IMG/VR virus record: IMGVR_UViG_3300010052_000204
Location: 1-24,668 of that record
Strand: one strand, 5' to 3'
DNA length: 24,668 bases
Source of the DNA: a virus
Taxonomy: Duplodnaviria > Caudoviricetes
Shown here: in pieces, positions 1 to 7,329 of the stretch
How positions within the stretch are numbered: the first letter of the stretch is position 1
Layout of the letters: each line of letters opens with the position of its first letter
Position numbers and translations under genes: made by a program
The notes under the pieces: model-generated
Seen by the model: only the letters and a program-made list of their open reading frames with translations
Told to the model about the DNA's origin: nothing
The model's database searches: none

Positions 1-387
1 GTGTCGTATCAGATAAAGCTTAGCTCCAGGTCGAAGAAGGCCGCGCGCTTTATCCGGAGCGTGCACCGAGAACTGCAGGCTGCGTTTGCAAAGGCGGCCG
101 CTGGTGGCCTGACGCAGCAGCAGTTGGCTGAAAAACTGGAGGTCAATCGCGCAACGATAAACAAGCGCCTTTTGGGGCAGGAGAACCTCACTCTGCGGAC
201 TATCGCGGACCTTGCCTGGGCGCTCGACTATGAGCCGCAGTTCAAGCTAGTGACAAAGCCTCAGCGATCGGACAGGGCCAACGACACAAACGTCGAGTTT
301 GAACCGAAGCAGCTGCCGGCTGCCACCCCTGTACGAGTCGTCTCCTATGGTAACTCCGCATCCTTCGCGGCGGGGGCTCACCGGTGA
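1..387 (+). CDS. XRE-family HTH protein (antitoxin/regulator-like) with ~40-aa C-terminal tail
   Basis: GLTQQQLAEKLEVNRATINKRLLGQENLTLRTIADLAWALD is an HTH_3-type motif. The start lies at the window edge. Confidence 0.8.
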   Translation: MSYQIKLSSRSKKAARFIRSVHRELQAAFAKAAAGGLTQQQLAEKLEVNRATINKRLLGQENLTLRTIADLAWALDYEPQFKLVTKPQRSDRANDTNVEFEPKQLPAATPVRVVSYGNSASFAAGAHR

Positions 388-776
388 GAGCGGAGGCCAT
401 TTTCTGCGACGACATCCGAACAGAGACCTCGGGCAAGCTCATCCTGATAGGGGTATACCCTGTGGACCTTGTCCCGGCTGTGATCCCGCAAACAATGTCC
501 CTAGCGATGCTAGTGAAAGTGTTCGATTTCGGCGCCAAATTACCCGCCTTTACGCGTTTGCAGGTGACGCCACCAGGAGGCGGGCAACCAGTAGGCATTG
601 ATCTCCCAGGCCCAGGCGGTGAGCACTCCCACTCCCCGGGGGACCCCATTTTGATGGTTGTCGGTGGCTTGCCGGTAGAGATTCAAGCCTTTGGTGAGAT
701 ATCTGTCGAGCTTAGCCTCGAAGGCGGGCCGGCTGAGAGAATTGCTGCTCTGCCAGTTCGACCACGCTCGGCCTAG
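384..776 (+). CDS. DUF6941-like beta-rich protein
   Basis: N-terminal IFCDDIRxExSGKLILIGVY resembles DUF6941 as I recall it. GTGA overlap with the upstream HTH gene. Confidence 0.65.
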   Translation: MRAEAIFCDDIRTETSGKLILIGVYPVDLVPAVIPQTMSLAMLVKVFDFGAKLPAFTRLQVTPPGGGQPVGIDLPGPGGEHSHSPGDPILMVVGGLPVEIQAFGEISVELSLEGGPAERIAALPVRPRSA

Positions 777-1033
777 TCCATCAGCGCCGTCAGCTCTTTC
801 ACCGCCGCGGCGCGGCGCTTGTCGAGGTAGGCGGCCAGGTCGGTGAGGTGTACGCCGCGGGCCGTTTTCTGGCTGTCGTCCATGCGGACCAGCGGCAATG
901 CGATCTCGGCGTGGCTGAGCTTGCGGATGAACTCCCGGTCATTGAGGTGCGGGAAATAGTCCTTCCGCACCTTCTCGACCGGGATCACGGCGGCGCCGTC
1001 GTACTGGGCCATCAGCAGGAACGCGGTGTTCAT
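773..1033 (-). CDS. Pyocin activator PrtN family DNA-binding protein (possibly excisionase-like)
   Basis: MNTAFLLMAQY...YFPHL...LPLVRMDDSQK..RGVHLTDLAAYLD is the PrtN family signature. Last gene of the leftward operon. Confidence 0.9.
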   Translation of the reverse strand: MNTAFLLMAQYDGAAVIPVEKVRKDYFPHLNDREFIRKLSHAEIALPLVRMDDSQKTARGVHLTDLAAYLDKRRAAAVKELTALMD

Positions 1034-2169
1034 CGCGTCACCTCCGGCATGGCGCTGTGCTCGACACCATCGAGCAGGCGTCCGGCGGCTTTCTTGCCGA
1101 CTTCGTAGAGGTCTGGCTGGTCGTCAGCGTGACCGTCGTCGCGGGCAAGGTTCTCTTCTCCGATGAACCAGTCATCGTTCCACCATGTCGCGACTCGAAC
1201 GACGCCCTGGTGGCGGGTGACGTTGGTGCCGGGCGCCCACGCACCCCACTGCTTGAAGAAAAAGGCGACGCCGGCGGCGTGACACTGGTCGCGGAGGGAG
1301 CGGGCCCATTCGGGGTGCATCGGGCGGGCGCCGGGGCCGCTCTCGCCGCCGACGATCACCCACGCGATGCCCGTCGTCGGCTCCCGCCTCGGGCGTTCGT
1401 GCTGCATCGGCACGCGGGTGTGGATGCCGCGCAGTGAGTCGACAACCTCAAAGCCGAATTGCCGGGCAGCTTCGGCGGGGCGGATGGCGGTGAGGTCGAT
1501 CGGGCCGAGCAGTGGCTCTGCGCTGATAAAGCGAACGGCGGCGTGCGTCTGCAGAAGGTGCGGAATGCGGTCGTCGGCGCGGCGCTGATCCTCGACGCTG
1601 GTGCCGAGCCAGACGTTGGGAAGGGGATGCGCTGCCGCCCCTCCTAGCGGGGCGTGGCGGCTCACCAAATCCTCAGCAGTTACTATGCCGAGGGAATTTG
1701 CGACCAGCAGCGCGCCGATCAATGAATCGCGAATCTCCGTAGCGGCCGACATGACAAGGCGCCGGCCGGCCATGAACTCGGCGACATAGTCTCGCATCCG
1801 CTCCGGGCGCTTGGTCAGCACCTGGTATGTGTGGTGCGGGGTCAGCGCCATCACCGCGAACACCCGATCGATCCAAGCGTCGGGCACGCTCTCGTGGAAC
1901 AGGTCGCCGTGGGCGCAGACGAAGATGGTGCGCGGGCGCTTCCAGCCCAGCGGCTCGAGCAACTGGCGTTCGTTGAAGCGCACCTCCCCGGTCCACACCG
2001 GGCCGGCCTTCGAGTCCTTGGTCAGGCCCTCGCGCGTCGGGTGGTGCCTGAGCCGGGTGCCGGCCAGCTTCATGGCGTAGCAGTTGGTGCAGCCGGGCGA
2101 GACGATGCTGCACCCGGTGATCGGGTTCCACGTCGCGTCAGTCCACTCGATCTTGGTGTTGTCAGCCAT
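1030..2169 (-). CDS. Phage Gp37/Gp68 family (DUF5131) protein, radical-SAM-like
   Basis: Start MADNTKIEWTDATWNPITGCSIVSPGCTNCYA (Cx6CxxC), plus LTKRPER, RFISAEPLLG, WVIVGGESG and FFFKQWG. ATG 2169 overlaps the upstream stop. Confidence 0.93.
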   Translation of the reverse strand: MADNTKIEWTDATWNPITGCSIVSPGCTNCYAMKLAGTRLRHHPTREGLTKDSKAGPVWTGEVRFNERQLLEPLGWKRPRTIFVCAHGDLFHESVPDAWIDRVFAVMALTPHHTYQVLTKRPERMRDYVAEFMAGRRLVMSAATEIRDSLIGALLVANSLGIVTAEDLVSRHAPLGGAAAHPLPNVWLGTSVEDQRRADDRIPHLLQTHAAVRFISAEPLLGPIDLTAIRPAEAARQFGFEVVDSLRGIHTRVPMQHERPRREPTTGIAWVIVGGESGPGARPMHPEWARSLRDQCHAAGVAFFFKQWGAWAPGTNVTRHQGVVRVATWWNDDWFIGEENLARDDGHADDQPDLYEVGKKAAGRLLDGVEHSAMPEVTR

Positions 2170-2405
2170 CACGCCCTCCGCAGGTTGCGGACTTCGCCTT
2201 CGACGAAGTAGCACCAGCCAGAAATCCACAGGAACCGCTCGTCGATGCGGCCGATGCTGCCGCTGCGGTGCACGGTGCGGCCGTCGCGGATCACGTCGTA
2301 GTTCACCACCACGCCGCGCAGCTCGTCGCGCTCGGCCTCGGTGAGGCGGGCGGTGACGGAGACCGGGTCGCCGATGCGGTGGATCTTGTCGTTTCTTGCC
2401 ATCAT
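2169..2405 (-). CDS. Hypothetical phage protein (78 aa)
   Basis: Overlaps both neighbours at start/stop. AGGAG lies upstream. Confidence 0.75.
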   Translation of the reverse strand: MMARNDKIHRIGDPVSVTARLTEAERDELRGVVVNYDVIRDGRTVHRSGSIGRIDERFLWISGWCYFVEGEVRNLRRA

Positions 2406-2707
2406 GCGGCTCCTACCTGATCGAGCGCCTGGCGCAGCTGGTCGGCGGCGCGGGTGGTGTCGAGGCTGATCAGGCCGCCATTGCCGCCGGTGCGGACCTG
2501 GCCGACCATGATGCCGTTATTGTCGAAATCGACGGCCTCGAGCAGACGCCGGGCCCGTTCGCGCAGGCGCAGCTCCGCCGGCTGGGCGTCGATCGCGGCG
2601 CGGATGGTGGCGAGGTCGTGGGCAATGCCTTCCTGCGCCGGATCGTTCTCGAAACCGGAGAGGAAGGCTTCCGCGCGCACGAGAGCGGTGAGGGTGAGCT
2701 GGCTCAC
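2402..2707 (-). CDS. Hypothetical phage protein (101 aa)
   Basis: AAGGAGG precedes the GTG start; coupled to neighbours. Confidence 0.75.
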   Translation of the reverse strand: MSQLTLTALVRAEAFLSGFENDPAQEGIAHDLATIRAAIDAQPAELRLRERARRLLEAVDFDNNGIMVGQVRTGGNGGLISLDTTRAADQLRQALDQVGAA

Positions 2708-2826
2708 GGGTGAGCCTCCTTGAGATGAGCCTTGAGGCCCTTGTCGCCGTGGAGTTTCTTGCCGCAGTGGGGGCAGGGCGTGTGGGCGCGGCTCGAGGCG
2801 CGCTTCGTGGTACGGCGCGGCTTCAT
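2704..2826 (-). CDS. 40-aa C2H2 zinc-finger microprotein (absent from the ORF track)
   Basis: MKPRRTTKRASSRAHTPCPHCGKKLHGDKGLKAHLKEAHP has C-x2-C-x12-H-x4-H. ATGA and GTGA overlaps fill the gap between neighbours exactly. Confidence 0.8.
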   Translation of the reverse strand: MKPRRTTKRASSRAHTPCPHCGKKLHGDKGLKAHLKEAHP

Positions 2827-3068
2827 TCGCCCGCCCTCGGCAGGAAGATACGGGCGGGTGCAGGCCCCGACACTTCGATGCTGTAGCCGCCCTTGCGGCT
2901 GTCGCCGCGCGTCACCTTGACGGTGATGCCGGGCAGGCGCTTGCCGGTCGCCGGGTCAAGCCCGCCAATCTGCTCCAGCACCTCGTCGGCCATGCGCTGG
3001 CGAATTTCATCTTCGGTGACGGTGGCGCGGAAGCTGATGCTGTCCGGGCTGATAAGCTTGATCATCAC
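2823..3068 (-). CDS. Hypothetical phage protein (81 aa)
   Basis: GAGG upstream; coupled to neighbours. Confidence 0.75.
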   Translation of the reverse strand: MMIKLISPDSISFRATVTEDEIRQRMADEVLEQIGGLDPATGKRLPGITVKVTRGDSRKGGYSIEVSGPAPARIFLPRAGE

Positions 3069-3289
3069 GCCACCTCGTTCAGGCCGCAGAGGCGTTCGGC
3101 TTCGGTGGCGGAGACGATCACCAGCGGCGACGTCGGGCTTTCGATCAGCACCCAGCTGTCGTTGACCACCACCAGGCGCGGATAGACCGCCTCGCCCTTG
3201 CGCAGCTCAAGGGCCGCCTCGCGGGCGGCGCGGCCATCGAGGTGGGCGAAGATCGGGCGGGGGCGGGGGAGTTCGATATCCAGCATCAC
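3065..3289 (-). CDS. Hypothetical phage protein (74 aa)
   Basis: GGGAGG upstream; coupled to neighbours. Confidence 0.7.
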   Translation of the reverse strand: MMLDIELPRPRPIFAHLDGRAAREAALELRKGEAVYPRLVVVNDSWVLIESPTSPLVIVSATEAERLCGLNEVA

Positions 3290-3630
3290 GCCCTCCCGCG
3301 CTGAGGTTCAACCGGAATGCCGTGCTTCATCGAGTAAATGGTGATGAAGGCCTGCAGCTCGTGGTGGATCAGGTCCATTCGACGCAGGTCGGCATCGGTC
3401 GGTTCGCTGCCCGGATCGAGGACGCCCATGATGCTGGCGAACAGGTGTTGCGCGCCGGCAAAAAAGGCATTGCGCATCTCGTCGATCTGAACCTGGGGCG
3501 CATCTGATGCGACCGAGGCAAGTCGCAGCGACAGCCAACCGACCTCGATCAGCCGGCCATCATCGCTGGCCTTCTTCATCAGCTTGTTGATGTCGGCATC
3601 GAGCCGACGGCGCATGGCTTCGTCCATCAC
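3286..3630 (-). CDS. Hypothetical phage protein (114 aa)
   Basis: Coupled ORF with a protein-like sequence (QIDEMRNAFFAGAQHLF). Confidence 0.75.
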   Translation of the reverse strand: MMDEAMRRRLDADINKLMKKASDDGRLIEVGWLSLRLASVASDAPQVQIDEMRNAFFAGAQHLFASIMGVLDPGSEPTDADLRRMDLIHHELQAFITIYSMKHGIPVEPQRGRA

Positions 3631-4067
3631 AGCCTCGCCGGAAGTGGACTGCGGGCGAGGCGGCTGGCGCCGGCGGTGACGAGGCGGGGCCAGATGCGGG
3701 CCAGCACGTCGTCGTTGAAATCGGGGCGGGCGCGCAGCTTGATGGCGAGGCTCTGCGCCATGCCATCGAACAGGCGCAGGCCTTCGGCCACCAGCATCTC
3801 ATCGGTCGGCGGCTCGGGTTCGAGCACGGCGTCCTGACGGACGAAGCGGGTGTTGGCGAGCAGCTCGGCCGCCTCGCCGTAGGTGTCGAGCTCCCAGTCG
3901 GAAAAGCCCTCGAGCCGCATCAGCCGGCGGCTGGCGCCCTCGATGCTCTGGCCGTTGAGCTTGACCAAGGCATCGGCCATTTCGCGCAGCCGGCGATCGG
4001 TGCGCTCGTGGGTGCGGGTGGCGGTGGGAAAGCTGGCCCGTGGCGGGGCAGCGGTCGCGGCAAGCAT
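3627..4067 (-). CDS. Hypothetical phage protein, first gene of the leftward early operon
   Basis: The ORF opens at 4079, but GGAGG lies just before ATG 4067, which is the preferred start. Confidence 0.7.
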   Translation of the reverse strand: MLAATAAPPRASFPTATRTHERTDRRLREMADALVKLNGQSIEGASRRLMRLEGFSDWELDTYGEAAELLANTRFVRQDAVLEPEPPTDEMLVAEGLRLFDGMAQSLAIKLRARPDFNDDVLARIWPRLVTAGASRLARSPLPARL

Positions 4068-4098
4068 GGAAGCCTCCATCGGTGATCGATGGGGCGGG

Positions 4099-4127
4099 AC
4101 GATAGTGCGGGTTTAGACCCGCGTCAA
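4099..4127 (-). promoter_or_regulatory. PL-like sigma70 promoter with operator in the spacer
   Basis: Minus strand reads TTGACG-17 nt-TATCGT. The spacer differs from the PR spacer only at its last base. Confidence 0.8.
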
Positions 4128-4144
4128 GTTCGGGTTACGTGCCG
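4107..4144. promoter_or_regulatory. OL operators: GCGGG-TTTAGA-CCCGC (4107-4122) and CGGG-TTACGT-GCCG (4131-4144)
   Basis: Inverted repeats match the sites between cI and cro. Confidence 0.75.
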
Positions 4145-4200
4145 CTTGATATCAGTCGCCGCGCCGAATCACACTCGGCTCTGGTTGGGGGAGAGCGAAA

Positions 4201-5241
4201 ATGGCAGACGTCTTGCGGCCACTGACCTTCTTCGACGTCGAGACCACCGGACTGAGCCGCGAGGATCGGGTGGTGAGTCTGGGCGTGCTACACGTGGTTG
4301 ACGTGCCCGGCTTCCGCTCCGGCTTCACGAAGGCGACTGGCACCCACCTAATCTTTAACCCTGAGCGCCCGAGCCATCCGCGTGCCAGAGCGGTGCACGG
4401 CTACACCGACGAAGTGCTCGCGCGGCAGGACAGCTTTGCCGCGCATGCCGAGGACCTGCGGGAGTTTTTCGAACATGGCGGTGTCCTTGCAGCGCACAAT
4501 GTCAGTTTCGACCGACGCTTCATCAACCGGGAGTTCGAGCTGGCTGGGTCGCCTCTGCCGAAAAGTGCCGACTTCTACTGTACGATGCTTGCCTATCGAC
4601 GGCAGTATGCCGGCGAGCGGTCTGGTCTCGATGCGGTGCTGAAGCACATGCAGATGCCGCCACGCACCGGCCATCACGGTGCTTTTGCCGATGCATGGTA
4701 TGCGATGGCGGTTTTTCGTTGGCTGCAGGGGCTGCCCATTCCCAGCCTGGCGGAGTTGCCGACGCAAGGGCCACTGAATCTACGCCTGCCGGGGCAGGCC
4801 AAGGCCTCGCCTGCGCCAAAGCCGGCGGCGCCTCTGGTGGTGATGCCGAGCGAGGATCAACAGGCCTTCGAAGCGGCGCTGCAACTGCTATCGCCGCTTG
4901 CCACGATCATGATGCACGTGGCCCACGCAGACGGCACGGTGATGCAAGCGGAGGTGGAAGCTATCTCGCTGCTGATGCACACAATGTTGACCGGGCGCTC
5001 TCACGGGCTATCCGATGCGCAGCAGCAGGACCTGCTCGCTCACCTGGTCGACGTGACCCCCACGCCGGATGACTTGCTAGTCGCTTGCCGAGGCATCGTT
5101 CGGGACGAGAACATGCGCAACTCGGTGTCCGGCTGGGTGCGGCAAGTCACATTCGCAGATGGCGATCCGTCGACAAGCGAAAAGGCCGCGATCCTGCAGG
5201 TGGCCGACAAGATGCGCGAAGCGCGCCGCTCGCTGGCCTAG
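4201..5241 (+). CDS. DEDDh (DnaQ-like) 3'-5' exonuclease fused to a C-terminal TerB-like domain
   Basis: ExoI FFDVETTGL, ExoII AHNVSFD, ExoIII HGAFADA. Pro/Ala linker. Two TerB-type ADG...E motifs (VAHADGTVMQAE, FADGDPSTSE). GGGGAG RBS. Confidence 0.88.
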   Translation: MADVLRPLTFFDVETTGLSREDRVVSLGVLHVVDVPGFRSGFTKATGTHLIFNPERPSHPRARAVHGYTDEVLARQDSFAAHAEDLREFFEHGGVLAAHNVSFDRRFINREFELAGSPLPKSADFYCTMLAYRRQYAGERSGLDAVLKHMQMPPRTGHHGAFADAWYAMAVFRWLQGLPIPSLAELPTQGPLNLRLPGQAKASPAPKPAAPLVVMPSEDQQAFEAALQLLSPLATIMMHVAHADGTVMQAEVEAISLLMHTMLTGRSHGLSDAQQQDLLAHLVDVTPTPDDLLVACRGIVRDENMRNSVSGWVRQVTFADGDPSTSEKAAILQVADKMREARRSLA

Positions 5242-5942
5242 GCGGCGAACAGCTCGGCGAGATCCGGCACGTAGTGCACACTCACAACGTACTTCACCGG
5301 GATCTCGATGGTGACAGCAGGGTTGAACTGCTCGAGGACGATGCTGGCGGCGGTGCGGCGCCGGAAAATCTTGATGTAGGCTTGACCGGGGTCGTGTTCC
5401 CAGTGCCGCGTCTGCACGATCACCGTCGAGCCGGGGCGCGGCTGCTTGTGCGGGTGGACGAAGCGCAGGTCGCCGGGCGAGTGCATCGGGTACATCGAGT
5501 CGCCGACCACATAGATGGCGTAGGCGTCGGGCACGGTCATCAGCGAGGGTGGGCGGCGCACATATTCGATCGGGTCGCGCAGAACCTCGATCCCCTCGAA
5601 CTTGTCGTCGAACAGCGAGCCCATTGCGGTCCCCATCACCGGGACATTCTTAGGCATGTCCCTCAGGGAGGGGAAGGGGACGTCGGCAATGACGAACTCG
5701 GTGCCGGCCGAATCGGGCCGAGCAGCGGGCGCTTCGGCGCCGATCAACTCTTCGATGGTCCAGTTCAGCGCGCGAGCGATGTCGACGAGCGTCTCCATTT
5801 TCGGGTTCGTCTCGTCGCCGAAGCGCAGCACGCTTCGAAACATGTCGGGGTTGCTCGACACCCTCAGAGAAGCGGCCCGCGGAGACAGGTTAAGCTCCTT
5901 CAGGCGCTGCTCAATTCGCGCTGTCAATCCGGGTTTTGCCAT
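5238..5942 (-). CDS. CI-like repressor (N-terminal HTH + S24 peptidase domain)
   Basis: HTH ending NPKMETLVDIARAL, catalytic Ser motif VVGDSMYP, Lys in YIKIF. Divergent from the Cro-like gene. The start is reassigned to ATG 5942. Confidence 0.92.
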   Translation of the reverse strand: MAKPGLTARIEQRLKELNLSPRAASLRVSSNPDMFRSVLRFGDETNPKMETLVDIARALNWTIEELIGAEAPAARPDSAGTEFVIADVPFPSLRDMPKNVPVMGTAMGSLFDDKFEGIEVLRDPIEYVRRPPSLMTVPDAYAIYVVGDSMYPMHSPGDLRFVHPHKQPRPGSTVIVQTRHWEHDPGQAYIKIFRRRTAASIVLEQFNPAVTIEIPVKYVVSVHYVPDLAELFAA

Positions 5943-5945
5943 GGT

Positions 5946-6016
5946 GCGGGACCATACCCGCAAATGCTTATCTGGCGGTAACGGTTTGGAACCCGATTGA
6001 CACGGGTCTAAACCCG
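5946..6016. promoter_or_regulatory. OR operators: 5946-5961, 5982-5995, 6003-6016 (CGGG-N6-CCCG)
   Basis: GCGGG-ACCATA-CCCGC, CGGT-TTGGAA-CCCG and CGGG-TCTAAA-CCCG lie in the cI-cro intergenic region. Confidence 0.8.
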
Positions 6017-6025
6017 CATCATCTT
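5997..6025 (+). promoter_or_regulatory. PR-like sigma70 promoter
   Basis: TTGACA-17 nt-CATCTT, with the operator in the spacer and the cro ATG 8 nt after the -10. Confidence 0.8.
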
Positions 6026-6033
6026 GCCGCGTC

Positions 6034-6330
6034 ATGGCAACACCGGCGACCACCTCACTCATCACCACCTCCGATGCCTTCTGCGAGGCCAAGGGCCTGT
6101 CGCGGTCGCGCGTTTCGACGCTGGTGTTCAACGATGGCAAGGCGCTCGACCGCATTGCGGCCGGCGGTGACCTCAACACCCGATCCTTCGAAAAGGCGAT
6201 GGCCTGGTTCGCGGCGAACTGGCCGGAGGGCGTGGCGTGGCCGCAGGGGGTCGAGCGGCCCGAATTTGCTGCCGCCGATTCGCTCGATGCGGTGAGCCCG
6301 CTGGCTCCGGCGCAGGGAGCGGCGGCGTGA
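6034..6330 (+). CDS. Cro-like HTH regulator
   Basis: Position opposite CI. GLSRSRVSTLVFNDGKALDRIAAGGDL...WFAANWPEGVAWP is typical of alphaproteobacterial prophage Cro-like proteins. Confidence 0.85.
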   Translation: MATPATTSLITTSDAFCEAKGLSRSRVSTLVFNDGKALDRIAAGGDLNTRSFEKAMAWFAANWPEGVAWPQGVERPEFAAADSLDAVSPLAPAQGAAA

Positions 6331-6581
6331 TGACCAGAGAGACGCGAGCCCCTTTGCGAGACGGCCTGCATATGAAAGCCAGCGATCGCGACCATTGGCC
6401 ACCCGTGGCACCGTCCGACTGGGACAACGCGAAGAGCGCCGCGCCTCGATCGGACGACGATATCGGCTGCGCGTTCTGGGCAGCGGCGATGGCGGGTGGG
6501 CTGTTCCTGCTGCTCGCCGGCTATGGGCTGGCCGGGCTCGTCGATGCCGGGACCGGCGCACTGCTGGCGGTGCTGCCATGA
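6330..6581 (+). CDS. Small putative membrane protein
   Basis: TGATG coupling to cro; hydrophobic C-terminal half. Confidence 0.6.
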   Translation: MTRETRAPLRDGLHMKASDRDHWPPVAPSDWDNAKSAAPRSDDDIGCAFWAAAMAGGLFLLLAGYGLAGLVDAGTGALLAVLP

Positions 6582-6621
6582 CCATTTCCAACAGTTCCCA
6601 TCGGGGGGCGTCCAAAGCGTG

Positions 6622-6700
6622 GCCGGGGTTTTCCTCCCTGTTGCCCCGGCGCGGCTTCCCGAGGCCGGCAACCTCTCTCCTCCTCCCTGAGGTTGCCGGT
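6622..6700 (+). ncRNA. Two hairpins with CCUCC(U)CCC anti-Shine-Dalgarno loops (cuckoo/alpha-r14-like RNA)
   Basis: GCCGGGG-ttttcctccctgttg-CCCCGGC and CCGGCAACCTC-tctcctcctccct-GAGGTTGCCGG. Confidence 0.6.
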
Positions 6701-6858
6701 CCGCTTTCACTGGAAGGGTCGAATCCCTCCATCCGGGGCAGCGCCGATGCGCGCCCCGCTTCCACCTCGTCCGTCATTTGCGCCCCCAAGCTGGCTACCG
6801 GTGAATGGGTAGCCGGGCTCGCGTGGGCATGCACGCGGCAAGCCCCGGAGACTTTGCC

Positions 6859-7329
6859 ATGTCGGTAAGGCCGAACTCACTGAAGGCGGCGACGCGTCGC
6901 CTGATCGAAGCGTGCGGCGGGCAGGAAAGCTGCGTGCTGATCCCCGGCATGCCGATCAGCCGGCACCAGAGTTTTTCGGAGGCGGGCAACGGCGCGCTGC
7001 CGGACCGGTTCCTGCGGATCGACGTGGCCGCGCTGCTCGAAGCCGATTGCGGGCTGCCGATCGTCACCGCCGAACTGGCGAAGGCCACCGGCCACGTGCT
7101 GGTGCCGCTGCCGGCGATTGCGGCGCAGCGCACGCCGCTGGGCCGGATCACGGCGCAGGCGATGAAGGAAACCTCCGAAGTGTTCGCACGGCTCGGCGCC
7201 TTCCTTGACGACGGGGTGCTGAGCTCGGCCGAAGGCGCGCAGCTCGACCGCGAGATCGACGAGGCGATCCTGAAGCTCTTGGCACTCAAGGCCGAAGCCG
7301 ACGCCGTGGTGGCGCGGGGAGGGGAGTGA
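6859..7329 (+). CDS. Phage regulatory CII-like protein
   Basis: GGAG RBS. LKAATRRLIEACGG...LEADCGLPIVTAELA...DDGVLSSAE resembles this family. Position downstream of cro. Confidence 0.7.
   Translation: MSVRPNSLKAATRRLIEACGGQESCVLIPGMPISRHQSFSEAGNGALPDRFLRIDVAALLEADCGLPIVTAELAKATGHVLVPLPAIAAQRTPLGRITAQAMKETSEVFARLGAFLDDGVLSSAEGAQLDREIDEAILKLLALKAEADAVVARGGE

Noticed and set aside
4128-4142. GTTC-N7-GTGC, near the alphaproteobacterial LexA box GTTC-N7-GTTC
   Set aside because: It has one mismatch and overlaps a site better explained as a phage operator; too weak to call.
5943-6710. N-terminal extension making CI a 490-aa ORF
   Set aside because: It overlaps the operators, cro and the next gene on the opposite strand; the HTH begins at ATG 5942.
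6711-6731. GGGTCGAATCCC resembling a tRNA T-arm
   Set aside because: It lacks TTC, and I could not build a D-arm, anticodon arm or acceptor stem around it.
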